Below are positions 1 to 11,740 of a stretch of DNA of 64,000 nucleotides, in pieces (positions within the stretch are counted from its first letter, which is position 1; each line of letters starts with the position of its first letter). The DNA comes from Octopus sinensis. Lineage: Eukaryota. A model generated the notes under the pieces. The model had not been told where the DNA came from. It saw only the letters and a program-made list of their open reading frames with translations, and searched no databases. Location: assembly GCF_006345805.1 (NCBI RefSeq), contig NC_042998.1, positions 52,948,001 through 53,012,000 of the forward strand, written 5' to 3'. The translations under genes and the position numbers were made by a program.

Positions 1-539
1 TTCCCATTTCATGTGTTCCATATCTTATCATTATTTTACTTCCACCTTTCCAATTATTTTTTAATTCCTTCCCTTCTCTCTCTTTCACCATTTCACCCTC
101 TCACTCTAGTGTGTATTTCTATTTAAAACAATCCTTTCCATTTCTTTTTGGTTTTCTCCATTTCAATTTCTTAATTTTTGTTGTCCAATAAAATTTTGAA
201 CTTAAAACCAATATCAAATCCAGTGACAACTATTGAGCTTCAGAGAATAATAGATTAGTGCTACAACTATCTAAAATCAATTCAAATCGCTCCTAGAGTA
301 CTTTTTTCAACAACTGATTGAAAACAAAAGATTTTCACACTAATATTTTACTTGTGTTTTTGAAGCTAATCATATTACATTTTTTATAATTGTATAATTT
401 AATTAGTTTAACCTAAATAGAAAAAGTGAAAATTTCAAAAGTCTTCATGTATTCTTTGGTTTTATACATTTATATAAAAAAAAATTTTCACATATTTGCA
501 TTAACTCTTTCAAAAATTTTAGAATATCAAGAATAAAAT

Positions 540-1110
540 AAATATGATAATTGCTAAAAATTTTGGGAAATGTTGTTTGATACAAAGCATCCTTGAGGAT
601 GTTTCTATAGAAGAAGCTGAAGACAATATTAGCAGGAAGTAATGGAACTTCTAATAATATATATATATATATCTGACATATATATAATATATATATATAT
701 ATCTGACACTCTGAAGATTTTAATTAGAACACTCATTTGTTGAAAGAATCTAGTTCTAAGATTAATAATTTCTTTCGTAGTGAGAAGGAGTGAAATGCAA
801 CAAACTCTGTATCAATTGAATCATTACCTTTAGCTCTAAGAAATGCCTGTGACAATAGCTTCCATTCTCTTATTTCAACAGACAATTTACTAAGCCTTGA
901 GAAATTGCTAATTTTATAAAAATGCACTGGCAAGAAATAGATTTCTATGAAAACCTTTTCATTGTATGCTTCATGTAGTTGTGATCCCTGCTTGGCTGTG
1001 AGAAAAGTGAATGATGTAAAAAGCTGTCATATGACAGTAATTCATGAAATTTATTATTTGATTGTTGTATAAAATCCTGCTGGGAGTTTAAGTTTCTAAA
1101 ACTCATTTTC
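540..1110 (+). pseudogene. possible decayed hAT-family transposase C-terminus (dimerisation domain)
   Basis: Frameshifted/stopped translation P*EIANFIKMHWQEIDFYENLFIV...VVIP..GCEKS resembles the hAT pattern P.EI.NFIK....DFYPNL.I..RILL.IPVS.A.CERSFS. Confidence 0.35.
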
Positions 1111-1739
1111 AAGTTAAATTTATAAAACTTACATTGTTGGTGGTGATGTTTAACCCTGACAGACCTATTTAATTAAATGAGAGCAGAATTATATTTCATC
1201 ATCCTTTTCTGTGCTATTAGTTGTCTTTCCCAGACCCAGAACCACTTGTATAGACATCCATCTTTCATTCTTAACACTGTCCCTCTCCTTTCACATTTTA
1301 CTGTGATCCCTCTTCATGTTACCAGTTCTCTATCAATCTCTCTATTTCCCGTTGATCTGCCCTATCAAAATATGGCTCTTGCTCTCCCTACACACTCTTG
1401 CAACCTACCACTTATCATATCTCTCTCACTGTATTATTATTATTTGGCTGTTCTTCGCCATTTCTGCACTACCAATCATCACCTACTCGCCCTCACTTTC
1501 ATTCTAATTCATATTTATCATTGACTACATTTCTACCTTTGTTCATAATTCACTACATATACCACCATCCATTCATTCTAACCATAGCTCACTCTTTCCA
1601 TACATTCCTGCAGCCCCTATCAGCCTTCCTGCTCTTCTAGATCCAATCTCTCTTTTATTCTTCTTGCAACTCGAGTGTTCCTCCAGACAATTTGCCACCA
1701 CCATTCTCATCTTTCTTACTATCAACTATTCCTATATAT

Positions 1740-1850
1740 AGCAAGGTAGTCATGTATCTCCTCCAAGCAAGAATCTGGTTCCTGCCCATTCTCTCATATG
1801 TTAACCTCTCAACACCTAGCAGAAATCCACCTCCATCTCTTGTACAGTCC
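1740..1850 (+). repeat. unclassified interspersed repeat, copy 1 of 3
   Basis: By-eye alignment with 11615-11740 (minus) and 39900-40020 (plus); shared gta(t/c)ctcctc...tca(a/t)ca(c/t)ct...cacctcc. Confidence 0.6.
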
Positions 1851-2185
1851 CACTTAATCATAGGGGGTTTTAGTCTAGTGAATTATGTGGCAAACACACT
1901 AGTTCTTATACAAGGAAAGGCTCCAGAACTCTCTGTAAAGTAATTGGCATTAGCAAGGGTATGGTGCCATTGACACCATGCCAAAGCAGACACAAGAGCA
2001 CTGATGCAGTCCTTCAACTCATTGGATCCTGTCAAGCTTTCTGACCCATACCATAGAGGATGAATGCTAAATAATGAGGATGATCATAATGAAAATGATG
2101 TGTGTGTGTGTGTGTGTGCATGCGTAAGTCTTTCTTTTTTCATTATACACACACACACACACACACACATATAATACATATTTAA

Positions 2186-2290
2186 TTTCTCTGTCTGAAG
2201 AATTTCAAATAGGAAATTCCTTACATGTCTATCTAACATGTAAAACATTGTAATTCCTATTAGCAAACGAAACGTGTGTTATGAAGAATA
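2186..2290 (+). ncRNA. decayed type I hammerhead-like motif with long stem II
   Basis: CTGAAGA 2195-2201, extended hairpin, GAAA 2269-2272, CGTGTG-T-T 2273-2280. Confidence 0.4.
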
Positions 2291-2755
2291 AATAATACCA
2301 AACAATTTCCATTTCTCTGTTTTGTTATACAATAACTCTGCAAATAATATTTCCATAATTCTCAATTTTGATGTGTATTTTGACTAACATACAGCAGCTA
2401 CCGAGACTACATATTAGATTATAATAATCAAATAAGCAGATGTACTTCAAGAGAAAACGTATTGGATTTACCCTAACTACCTACTCTATATATAATGTAT
2501 ATACAAAAACGTATACAAATATGTCTGTACGACTTCATTCTTACTATGCTTACCTATTTTATATAGTCACCTGAAACAAAATTTGGCTCAATTATTATGA
2601 ACATACACACATGGTGTAGCACACTTCTCATTTTCTAACAGAGTGAACAGGTATTTTGAAATCTCACATTAAGTAGATGATTTATTTCAGAGATTGAATT
2701 TTGTTTTAGTTAGTTTGTAAACATATATATAAATACACACACATGTTTGTATATA

Positions 2756-2968
2756 CAGAGTCCACCCCAAAAATGTATACACACTTCAGGAAAGGAAATA
2801 TCTGTATAAATATTTAACCTGAATAAGTACCCCTATAAATATAGATACCACTTTCAATGTTTTATCGAATTGTGATAACACTGAATAAATTGCAATAACA
2901 CTGAATAAAAATATTTATACAGATTTTTGCTTTCCTGAAGTGTGTGTACATTCTGTTAGTGGACTCTG
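2756..2968. mobile_element. Tc1/mariner-type MITE
   Basis: ~60-bp imperfect TIRs (cagagtccac...cacacttcaggaaag...tctgtataaatattt) flanked by TA at 2754-2755 and 2969-2970. Confidence 0.85.
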
Positions 2969-3344
2969 TAAGTATATCTTATTTTTTACTTGTTTCAATC
3001 ATTAGACTGCAGCTATGCTAGGACACCACCTTAAAGGATTTTATTCAGTACGTATTTAAAAAAAAATCCTGGTACCTATTTTATCAGTCAATGCATACAC
3101 TAAAGTGTGGGCATCTATACACATAAGAATTTTAGATGAAGAATTTTTGGAATATCTTACAAATCTTCACTGCGCTTCTAGTAGATTGGGTTTGGAGAAT
3201 CCATGTCAGTTTCTTTTACCCCTTCTCCATGAAACCAAGTATTTCTAGGTTTTTGTGCCATGTATATATTAGGTATGTATAAATGTATACAATCAAACTT
3301 ACAGATGCATGAATACATATGTGCTTGTTTATGTACGCCTATGT

Positions 3345-3380
<36 letters not shown>

Positions 3381-3695
3381 ATATGTATACAATAGAAATA
3401 GAAACAGAAGAATCCTTAGTATTTATATTTAAACAGTGAAAAATGACTTTTCCAATATTTATTTTCCACTTTAATGAATAGATGTTTACAAATTTGTAAA
3501 CATCTATGCATTCAAGTGGAAAATAATTATCAGAAATGTCATTCTTCTTCACTCTTTCAAACACTTGCATGTACACACACATACACAAACACACACGCAT
3601 GCATGTGTGCAACAGTATTTTTAACAGTGAGTTCAAAGTTTTGGCCTGCTAGCCTTGTGAAGGTTAGAAAGACATTCTTGTTAAAACTTAATAAA

Positions 3696-4022
3696 CATCA
3701 TCATCATCATCGTTTAACGTCCGCTTTCCATGCCAGCATGGGTTGGACGATTTGACTGAGGACTGGCGAACCAGATGGCTGCGCCAGGCTCCAATCTGAT
3801 CTGGCAGAGTTTCTACAGCTGGATGCCCTTCCTAACGCCAACCACTCTGAGAATGTACTGGGTGCTTTTAAAGTGCCACCAGCACGAGGGCAAGTCTGGT
3901 GGTACTGGCAACGGCCACGCTCGAAAATGGTGTTTTTTACGTGCCACCTGCACAGGAGTCAGTCCAGCAGCACTGGCAAATGACCTCGTTCGAATGTTTT
4001 GTTCACATGCCACCGGCACAAG
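3696..4022 (-). mobile_element. RTE LINE 3' end (5'-truncated) with (GAT)n tail
   Basis: Same terminal sequence as the element at 58531 (ccatgc.agcatgggttggacg...ggatgcccttcctaacgccaaccactc). Confidence 0.85.
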
Positions 4023-4049
4023 TGTACTTTAAAAAATATGTACTTTAAA

Positions 4050-4421
4050 AAGCCATGCCAGTGCAGTATGACTGGCACCTATGTTGGTGGCACATAAAAA
4101 GCAGTTTGAGCATTGAGCATGGAGGCAATGACAGGTGACCAATACCGTTGGTGATATAGCATGCTTGAGAAGACCTGTCAAGTCAAGTGAGATCATAGTC
4201 ATGACCAATGCTGGTGTCTCATAACTGGCACCGGTGTTGGGAGCACATAAAAAGCACCCACTACACTGAAGGAGTAGTTGGCATTAGGAAAAGCATCCAG
4301 CTATAGAAACCATGCCAAATCAGATTGGAACTTGGTGCAGCTACCCAGCTTACCAGTTTTCAGTCAAACTGTCCAACTCATACCAGCATGGAAAACGGAG
4401 GTTAAATGATGATAATGATGA
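4050..4421 (+). mobile_element. RTE LINE 3' end
   Basis: cttgagaagacctgtcaagtcaagtgag (ORF-end homolog) followed by the UTR and a gatgataatgatg tail. Confidence 0.8.
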
Positions 4422-5697
4422 ATTCTTCAGCTTAATGCAAAATTCTTTTTATTCTGACTTGAAATAAAAATAAACATTAATACACAAACATTAAAATAAA
4501 CCAACACCGATTAACAAGTGGTAGTGGAGAAAAAACACACACATACTATATACATATAAAAATATATTTGTATGTTTAACAAGCAAAAGGTTGACCATGG
4601 CCTTAAGGTTTCACTGGTGACAGGCATCATCAGACAAAACAATCTAACATATAAATGTACACATTAGATTTGTTATTATATTTGATGATAGGTATTCCAG
4701 TTGTTGATACAATGAAACTGTCTACACATTCTATACAAGCTAAGCAGTTGAGTATTCCAGATATTTGTAATGTTAATGAAAGTCTCAAGAAGAATCAGCT
4801 CAATTCTATGTGCAACACAGCTGAGTTAATCCCAAAGGCCTTCACACATTTTCCATTTAACTGAATTTTACTCATAAGTCATGGATCAACTCAGGAGCAC
4901 AGAAGAAGACATTTACTCAAGGTGTCACACAAGGCAATCTCTTGAGTGCAATGCAAACTTCTTGATGATATTCAGGCAAAAGACATAGCAAAGACAGACA
5001 TGGTTACATGGTTGAGAATCTTCCTTTGCAGCCATGTGATTTTGGATTTGGTCTCACTTCATGGCTGACCAATGCCTTGGGAGAGAGTTTAGTGGATGGG
5101 GAGGCTGTATGGTGGCCTGTTGTGTATGTGTATATATTTACATATATACACACACACACATTTACATACACACACATATACATTCACACACTCATATACA
5201 TACATATGTATATGTACATATACATATATATGAATGGACAAACAAAAGAAAGAGGCACTCAGCATATTTAAGAGTTATATATATTGATATTTAAAAAAGT
5301 TTGGTTTGGCTCCATGGAACTTGGAATTTTATAGGCTTCTTACAGAAAATTAGATCATCGGGCTCAGGTGTCCAAGCATGTGTGTGTGTGTGTGTGTCTC
5401 ACACCACCACTTGACGATCAGTGCTGGTTTGTTCATGTTCCTCACAGCTTTGTGTGTGGTTCAGCAAAAAGAGATGATAGAATAAGTGCCATATTTAAAA
5501 AAAGAGCTATTTGGGGTCAGTGAATTTAACTAAACCCTTCAATGTGGTGCTTCAGCATGGTAACAGCCCAGTGACTGAATAAAGTTAAAGGTAACACATG
5601 CACACACAGTTATAAGTATAAAACATAGCAGAAATATGAAGGATTTGTAGTTAGGGTTAATAATCACTCGAAGCTATCTTTATACAAAAACAAACTT

Positions 5698-6076
5698 TAA
5701 CAAGAGCACTCAGAGAGTGCAAATTTCCACCAAGACAACACCAACGTCCTCTCAACAATTAACTGGAGATGATTGTTAAAATGAGAATATGTGAAATAAA
5801 CTTGACTGTTCTCTCAAACAAGAATACTGAAAATGAACCCATCTGCTCTTGAAAATTACGTTTAAAAAAATGGGAAAATAATTCAGAAACCTTGTCCAGT
5901 ACCATATTGATCCCAAAATCTAATCAGTTTGTGCCAGTTATGAGGCAAAATATCTCTGAAAGTTTCATCCGAATCCGTCCAGCGGTTCTTGAGATATCTT
6001 GTCCACAGACAAACAAAGAAGCAAACAAATGTAACTGAAAACAATACCTCCACCCTTGCTAAGATGGAGGTAAAAA
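5698..6076 (+). mobile_element. Helentron-associated non-autonomous element (HINE/DINE-1-like)
   Basis: 5' aacaagagcactcagagagtgcaaa, core aagtttcatccgaatccgtccagcggttcttgagata, 3' hairpin tacctcca 6045-6052 / tggaggta 6065-6072. Confidence 0.6.
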
Positions 6077-6125
6077 TGAACAACGTAACTTCTTTTAATT
6101 ACGCACTAGACTATTGAAGTTGCTG

Positions 6126-6528
6126 CTTTGTTTGTTTGTTTGTTGGGTGAAGCGGTCTTCGTCCCAGAGCTCTCATGATCGCGCCTCTGTCGTGGGAGAA
6201 GTCAGAAACGTGGTCCTTTGCTATTCATAAGACCTGCAGAGGAGAAAGCAGGTCAATCCCTGACACCAAGAGCATCGACAAATGGATGAATGCGCATCCA
6301 GGCTCAGCGGTTGCGTAGGAAGTCGGGGACAAGAAACAGGAAAAAAGAGTGAGAGAAAGTTGGAGCGAAAGAGTACAACAGGGGTCGCCACCCCACCCCC
6401 TGCCAGAGCCCCGTGGAGCTTAGGTGTTTTCGTTCAATAAACACACACAATGCCCGGTCTGGGAATTGAAACCACGATCCTCCGACTGCGAGTCCGCTGC
6501 CCTAACCACTGGGCCATTGCACCTCCAC
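6126..6528 (-). mobile_element. tRNA-derived SINE (family 2, long-tail variant)
   Basis: A-box and B-box head on minus strand, (AAAC)n tail, 11-bp TSD tgaagttgctg at 6115-6125 and 6529-6539. Confidence 0.9.
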
Positions 6529-7059
6529 TGAAGTTGCTGTATACTTCCAAGATGCCAGTCTGTGATGTGATTAGTTCCCAGCTGTTGTCTACTCATTTTC
6601 AGGTGAGTGGACAAGCATGGCATAATATGAAGTGTCTGTGCAAAAACACAGCATGCTGCCCATTCTGCAGATCAAATTCATAACCTTACAATTTTGAGTT
6701 CAACTCCCTAATTATTAAGCCACGTGGCTCATTTCCTTCATATACATTACTTGATTTAAAATCTCCATCAGCATCATCATTTTAATGTTCACATCCTTCT
6801 ATTCTTACATGGGCCAGACAGTGTTTATTGAGGAAAATTTTCTACAGCCAGATGCCCTTCCTGTCCCCAACCCTCACCTGTTTCTGAGCAAAGTAATATT
6901 TGCCCATGGCCAGACATGTTCTTACAGGATACTGGAAATGAATGACACCACTTTTCTGACAGTGACAATCATTTTACATGTCACATGATGTCAGGACAAG
7001 GAGGCACAAACACATGCACACAGACATACACACAAACATGCATACATACATACATACAT

Positions 7060-7350
7060 AACTGGCATTCAGTCAGTTATGACATTAAAGGTTCCAGTTG
7101 ATCTGATCAACAGAACAGGCTGCTCTGAGCATTCTACAGACATGTGTACCCTAAATGCAGTTCTCAGGCAGATTGAGCATGACGCAGTATGTCAAGGCAG
7201 ACCCTTTGAACTACAGATACTACTCAATTTTGCCCACTAAGTGGACTGGAGTAATGTGAAATAAAGTGCCTTGCTTAAGGACACAATGCATCATCAGGAA
7301 TTGAACTCATGACCTTATGATTGTGAGCCAAATACCTTAACCATTAAGCC
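7060..7350 (-). mobile_element. CORE-like tRNA SINE (family 3), decayed
   Basis: tRNA-like head plus the tgtgtccttaagcaaggcactttatttcacattactccagtccact domain on minus strand. Confidence 0.6.
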
Positions 7351-7561
7351 ATACACTTTTACACATACATACATTCATACATACATACATACATACACAC
7401 ACAGTAAAAATATGCAAGGCTTTTCTCAAGTTCCAAATGTAAATTTGTCTGTGTTAACTACATCCCAAAAATGGAGCCTTCTATCTTTGTGGGAAATTGG
7501 CTCCTTCCTCAGTGGAGGATTTCTATTAAAAAACAGAAGAGATATCCATACGTACATAAGT

Positions 7562-7614
<53 letters not shown>

Positions 7615-7620
<6 letters not shown>

Positions 7621-7780
7621 TGGCTTCTTTCAATTTCTAGTCCCCCAATCCACTTGCAGGGCAGGGCTTTAGCTGGCCAAAGTCTATAACAAAAGACACT
7701 TGCCCAAGATGCTATGCACTGTGACTGAACCCAGAACCATGTGGCTAGGAAGTAAACATCTTAGCACAAAATTTCTATAC
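7615..7780 (-). mobile_element. SINE family 1, 5' half
   Basis: Matches the reverse complement of the first half of the 44324 copy. Confidence 0.7.
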
Positions 7781-8204
7781 CAAATCACAATGAATAAAAC
7801 TATGTAGCCGAGTTCTGCTGATAAAAGCAATTGACATTTAGGAGTGGATTCCATAATTTCCTGCTGGTGCATGCAGATATTTGAGATACTATCATTGTGT
7901 TTACGAAAAGGTTTGTCAAGTTAACTGAGAGACTAATGCACTTGACTTAGTATTACATAATTTTACTGTTTATCCTCATTCTAAATGGAAATTTCACCAG
8001 GGTTGACCTTACCTTCCCTTCATCTGTAGTAAACAAGTGTTTGTAATATACAGCGGGATGCTAAGTCAGTGATATGCTTTACTCCATGTAAACAATAGTC
8101 TTTAAGCTTATTCAGAACAAAATCACACTTAAGCTAATTTTAAATGTTTAATTATTCTGCAATTATAAAATGGTTTGGAAGAATTTTTATTGAATTATTT
8201 AGTT

Positions 8205-8445
8205 TTTATTTCTTACTTGTTTCAGTCATTAGACTACGGCCATGCTGGGACACTGCCTTGAAGAATTTTTAGTCAAATGTATCGACACCGGTACTTATAC
8301 TTTTAAAACCTAGTACTTATTCTATCAATTTCTTTACCAAACTGCTAATTTATAGAGACATAAATACAAATACAATACATAAATACACCAACACTGGTTA
8401 TAAAGTGATGTTGGTGGTGGACAAACACAGACACAAAGATACACA
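8205..8445 (-). mobile_element. SINE family 1, 3' half
   Basis: ttacttgtttcagtcattagact.cggccatgctgg terminal motif. Confidence 0.75.
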
Positions 8446-8605
8446 TGTAGGTATATATATATATATAATGTAGGTGGCTTATTAGCAATTTAAAACCTAC
8501 AGGCAAATTTATAAACGTCATTAAAGTGACAAGGGTACAAAGTGGTACCAGCATTGCTAGAAATAAGAGTCAAAATGACTTTTTAGCCACAAAAGCCACT
8601 ATCTT

Positions 8606-8644
<39 letters not shown>

Positions 8645-8691
8645 GTGCGTGCGCGTGTGTGTATGTATGTAGGTATGTATGTATGTATGGA

Positions 8692-9158
8692 TGGGGACAA
8701 CTGTGTAAAGAAGAGCTGATCTTTAACTGTGGAGGGAGCCTGTGGAAGAGGTAGACCCAGGAAGATATAAGACAAGGTGGTGAAGCATGATCTTCAAACA
8801 TTGGGCCTTACGGAGGTGATGATAAGTGACCAAGACCTTTGGTGAAATACTGTGCTTGAGATTTGTCAAGCCAAGTGAAATCATATTTGTGGCTGATGCT
8901 GGTTTCACATAACTGGCGCTTGTGTTGGTGGCACATAGAAGCACCTGTGCCAATGGTACATAAGAGCACCCCTGCCAGTGGCACATAAAAAGCACCCATT
9001 ATACTCTTGGAGTGGTTGGCATTAGGAAGGGCATCCAGCTGTGGAAACCTTGCCAAATCAGACTGGAACCTGGTGCAGCTCTCCAGCTTACCAGTTCCAG
9101 TCAAACCCATACCAGCATGGAAAGCGAATGCTAAAAAATCACGATGATGAATGATGAT
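8692..9158 (+). mobile_element. 5'-truncated RTE LINE retaining the ORF C-terminus
   Basis: Translates DNCVKKS*SLTVEGACGRGRPRKI*DKVVKHDLQTLGLTEVMISDQDLW, collinear with the end of the 60347-61918 protein. Confidence 0.9.
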
Positions 9159-9159
9159 A

Positions 9160-9211
<52 letters not shown>

Positions 9212-9212
<1 letters not shown>

Positions 9213-9444
9213 TTTATTTAAAAGCAGCAGAAATCCAACAAAACCTGTTACTCGGAGTTTCACGTTCCCGTTCGTAGGACAGTTATGTTAAAATTTAACA
9301 AAACTGTCCGACGAATGGGAATGTGAATCTCCGAGTAACAAGTTTTGTTGAATTTCTGCTGCTTTTAAATAAAGCATATTACTCTATCCCTGGTATTTGA
9401 GTACTCTTTTTTCCACCTTGTTTCACATTTATGTGTTTACTCCG

Positions 9445-9450
<6 letters not shown>
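9212..9450. mobile_element. PLE-like terminal repeat in inverted duplication (163-bp palindrome 9212-9374)
   Basis: Near-perfect arms; right arm plus flank matches 32475-32620; bounded by (TA)n on both sides. Confidence 0.6.
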
Positions 9451-9484
<34 letters not shown>

Positions 9485-10266
9485 GCTGACTGCACTGGCT
9501 AAACAGAATACTGTAGTAGGTGTATTTAAATAGTGTTGCAAGTAAGCAAATATTTTTACCAGTTCAAATATGTTCTAAACACATTTAAACTGATTTAAAT
9601 ATTTGTTTAACAAAAATGCTATTTTAAATCATAATCAGTTTATTATCAAATTATTTTCCCAATAAAAATCTAAAGAGGAACAACTGTTTTAGTCGCACCT
9701 TAAAAGCTAACTTTGATAAATATAAATATAACAGTGCTCTTTAGATGTGATAATGCATATGATACAACATAGGATGATTTTTTTTAAAATTATCAAGAAG
9801 TAAAGAAACTGCACTATGATATTTGTCTTGATAAAAAATTTAAAATATTGAGGAGATATTTTTGATAACATTTCATATAGATTTTCAGCTATACAAAGAA
9901 TTAGATTTCTATAGGAAACTACAGCTGTAATTTTCTAATAACATTCTAAGTCACAAGACTAGAATTTATATGTCAGCTGTTTGATAATTAATTACAAGAT
10001 TTCAGAAACATGTGACTCTGCTCTTGCATCCATATAGAAATAACAGACATTTACATCAATATGCAGTTAAATACTCATATTAAGGAAAATAAAAAAAAAA
10101 AAAAAATAAAACGAATAAATACAATTATAGTAATGTGACAGCTAAACAGCTTATATGAAACTATATCAACAAAACTGAAAGGAATTACCAAAGGACTAAC
10201 AACAATAATGAGAAAACATCAGAAATAGATATGAAGCTCTAATGAAGTCTGACTGAAGTATACGAG

Positions 10267-10269
<3 letters not shown>

Positions 10270-10332
<63 letters not shown>

Positions 10333-10450
10333 ATGTATGTATATGAGTGTATGTGTGTAGACATATATACATGTATCTTCATATATATATACATAGATAT
10401 ACATATTTATCTAGATATATATACATGTATATATATGTATGTATCTCTAT

Positions 10451-10496
<46 letters not shown>

Positions 10497-10562
10497 CTCT
10501 ATCTAACTATATATATATATAAATTTCTCTCTCACTCTCTCTCTCTCACACACACACACACA
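10270..10562. repeat. compound microsatellite (TG)n/(TATG)n/(TA)n/(CT)n/(CA)n
   Basis: Direct inspection. Confidence 0.95.
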
Positions 10563-11350
10563 TGCGCGTGTGTGATTTATACATATGTATTAAACATACT
10601 GAAATAAAAGAAAAAAACTAAAACAACTTATGCTGCATTACAGATAATGAAATTATAATAATATTATATAAATATAGTTTACAGACAGTTAACACCAAAT
10701 ATATTTGCTGTTTCAGCTTATTCACAGATAACATCAAAAGATATCTATTCCAAAACTGAAAAAAAAAACAAATTATTTTTCCAGATTGGCAAACTCACTT
10801 TTCCCATTCTTCAACATATTTTCTGCCAACCCAAGCATGTATATATTTGAATGTGTAATTTTATATAGTAAAATCTTCTGTAAAGGATCTGTATTTGAGC
10901 AGATTTTTGCTAAATAATAATGTTTCAACTGAAAGTCCATAGTTAGGTAATCAAAATTGTGCAATAAGTTTATTTAATATTGCTTTTCCAAATTATGACA
11001 GTCTTGCCACCTTTACCTTCTAACTTCACCAACAGCATTATTCTTCCCAAAGTGCATTTTATATTTTATTTTACAGTGTGCAGTAGAAATACCTCCCACA
11101 TTTTAAACTTTTACCTATGTTTTGCTAATGAATTTATGCAAGTGCCAATGATATTTTCATTTAGCTAATGAACAAAAACTGTAACCCTTTGTTTAAACAG
11201 TAAAATTAATTTTTCATAAATCTTGTTTCTTTTCCCTTTTGTCAACCTTTCAAATGTGAGAGGTATTTCTGCCACACCCTGTAGTTTTATATATGACTGC
11301 ATATTCCTGCACACACACACACACACAGATACACACACACGCTTATATGT

Positions 11351-11391
<41 letters not shown>

Positions 11392-11614
11392 CCTCATCAT
11401 TATCATTTAATATCTGTTTTCCATGCTGACATAGGCTGGATGGTTCGAGAGGGCTGTGTTGAGCTCCATTATCTGCTTTGACATGGTTTTTATGGCTCAA
11501 CACTTTTTCTAATATCAACCATTTTACAGAGTGTACAGGATGCATTTTTTTTTTGTTTGTTTGTGACACTGGTTCTATTGAGATTCCTAAATAAATTGTA
11601 AGACAAGATCCTCT

Positions 11615-11740
11615 CAGCTGAATGAGGCTGCATTGAGGGAGGTGGCTTTATATCAGGTGTTGAGAGGCTGAAATATATTAGAGGGACAGGAACAGATGTT
11701 TTGTTAAAGAGGAGATACTTGGCTTCCTCAGCTGGAAAGA
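11615..11740 (-). repeat. unclassified interspersed repeat, copy 2 of 3
   Basis: Reverse-complement similarity to 1740-1850 and 39900-40020. Confidence 0.6.

Noticed and set aside
733-933. 66-aa minus ORF (extends to ~97 codons)
   Set aside because: No convincing splice sites or homology; better explained as antisense to a decayed plus-strand transposase
2554-2570. 17-nt minus microexon with strong splice sites, and similar ones at 1133-1164, 11115-11164, 37543-37565 and plus 57641-57671
   Set aside because: Such signal pairs are frequent on both strands in this AT-rich DNA; the 17-mer has a stop in all frames; there is no independent support
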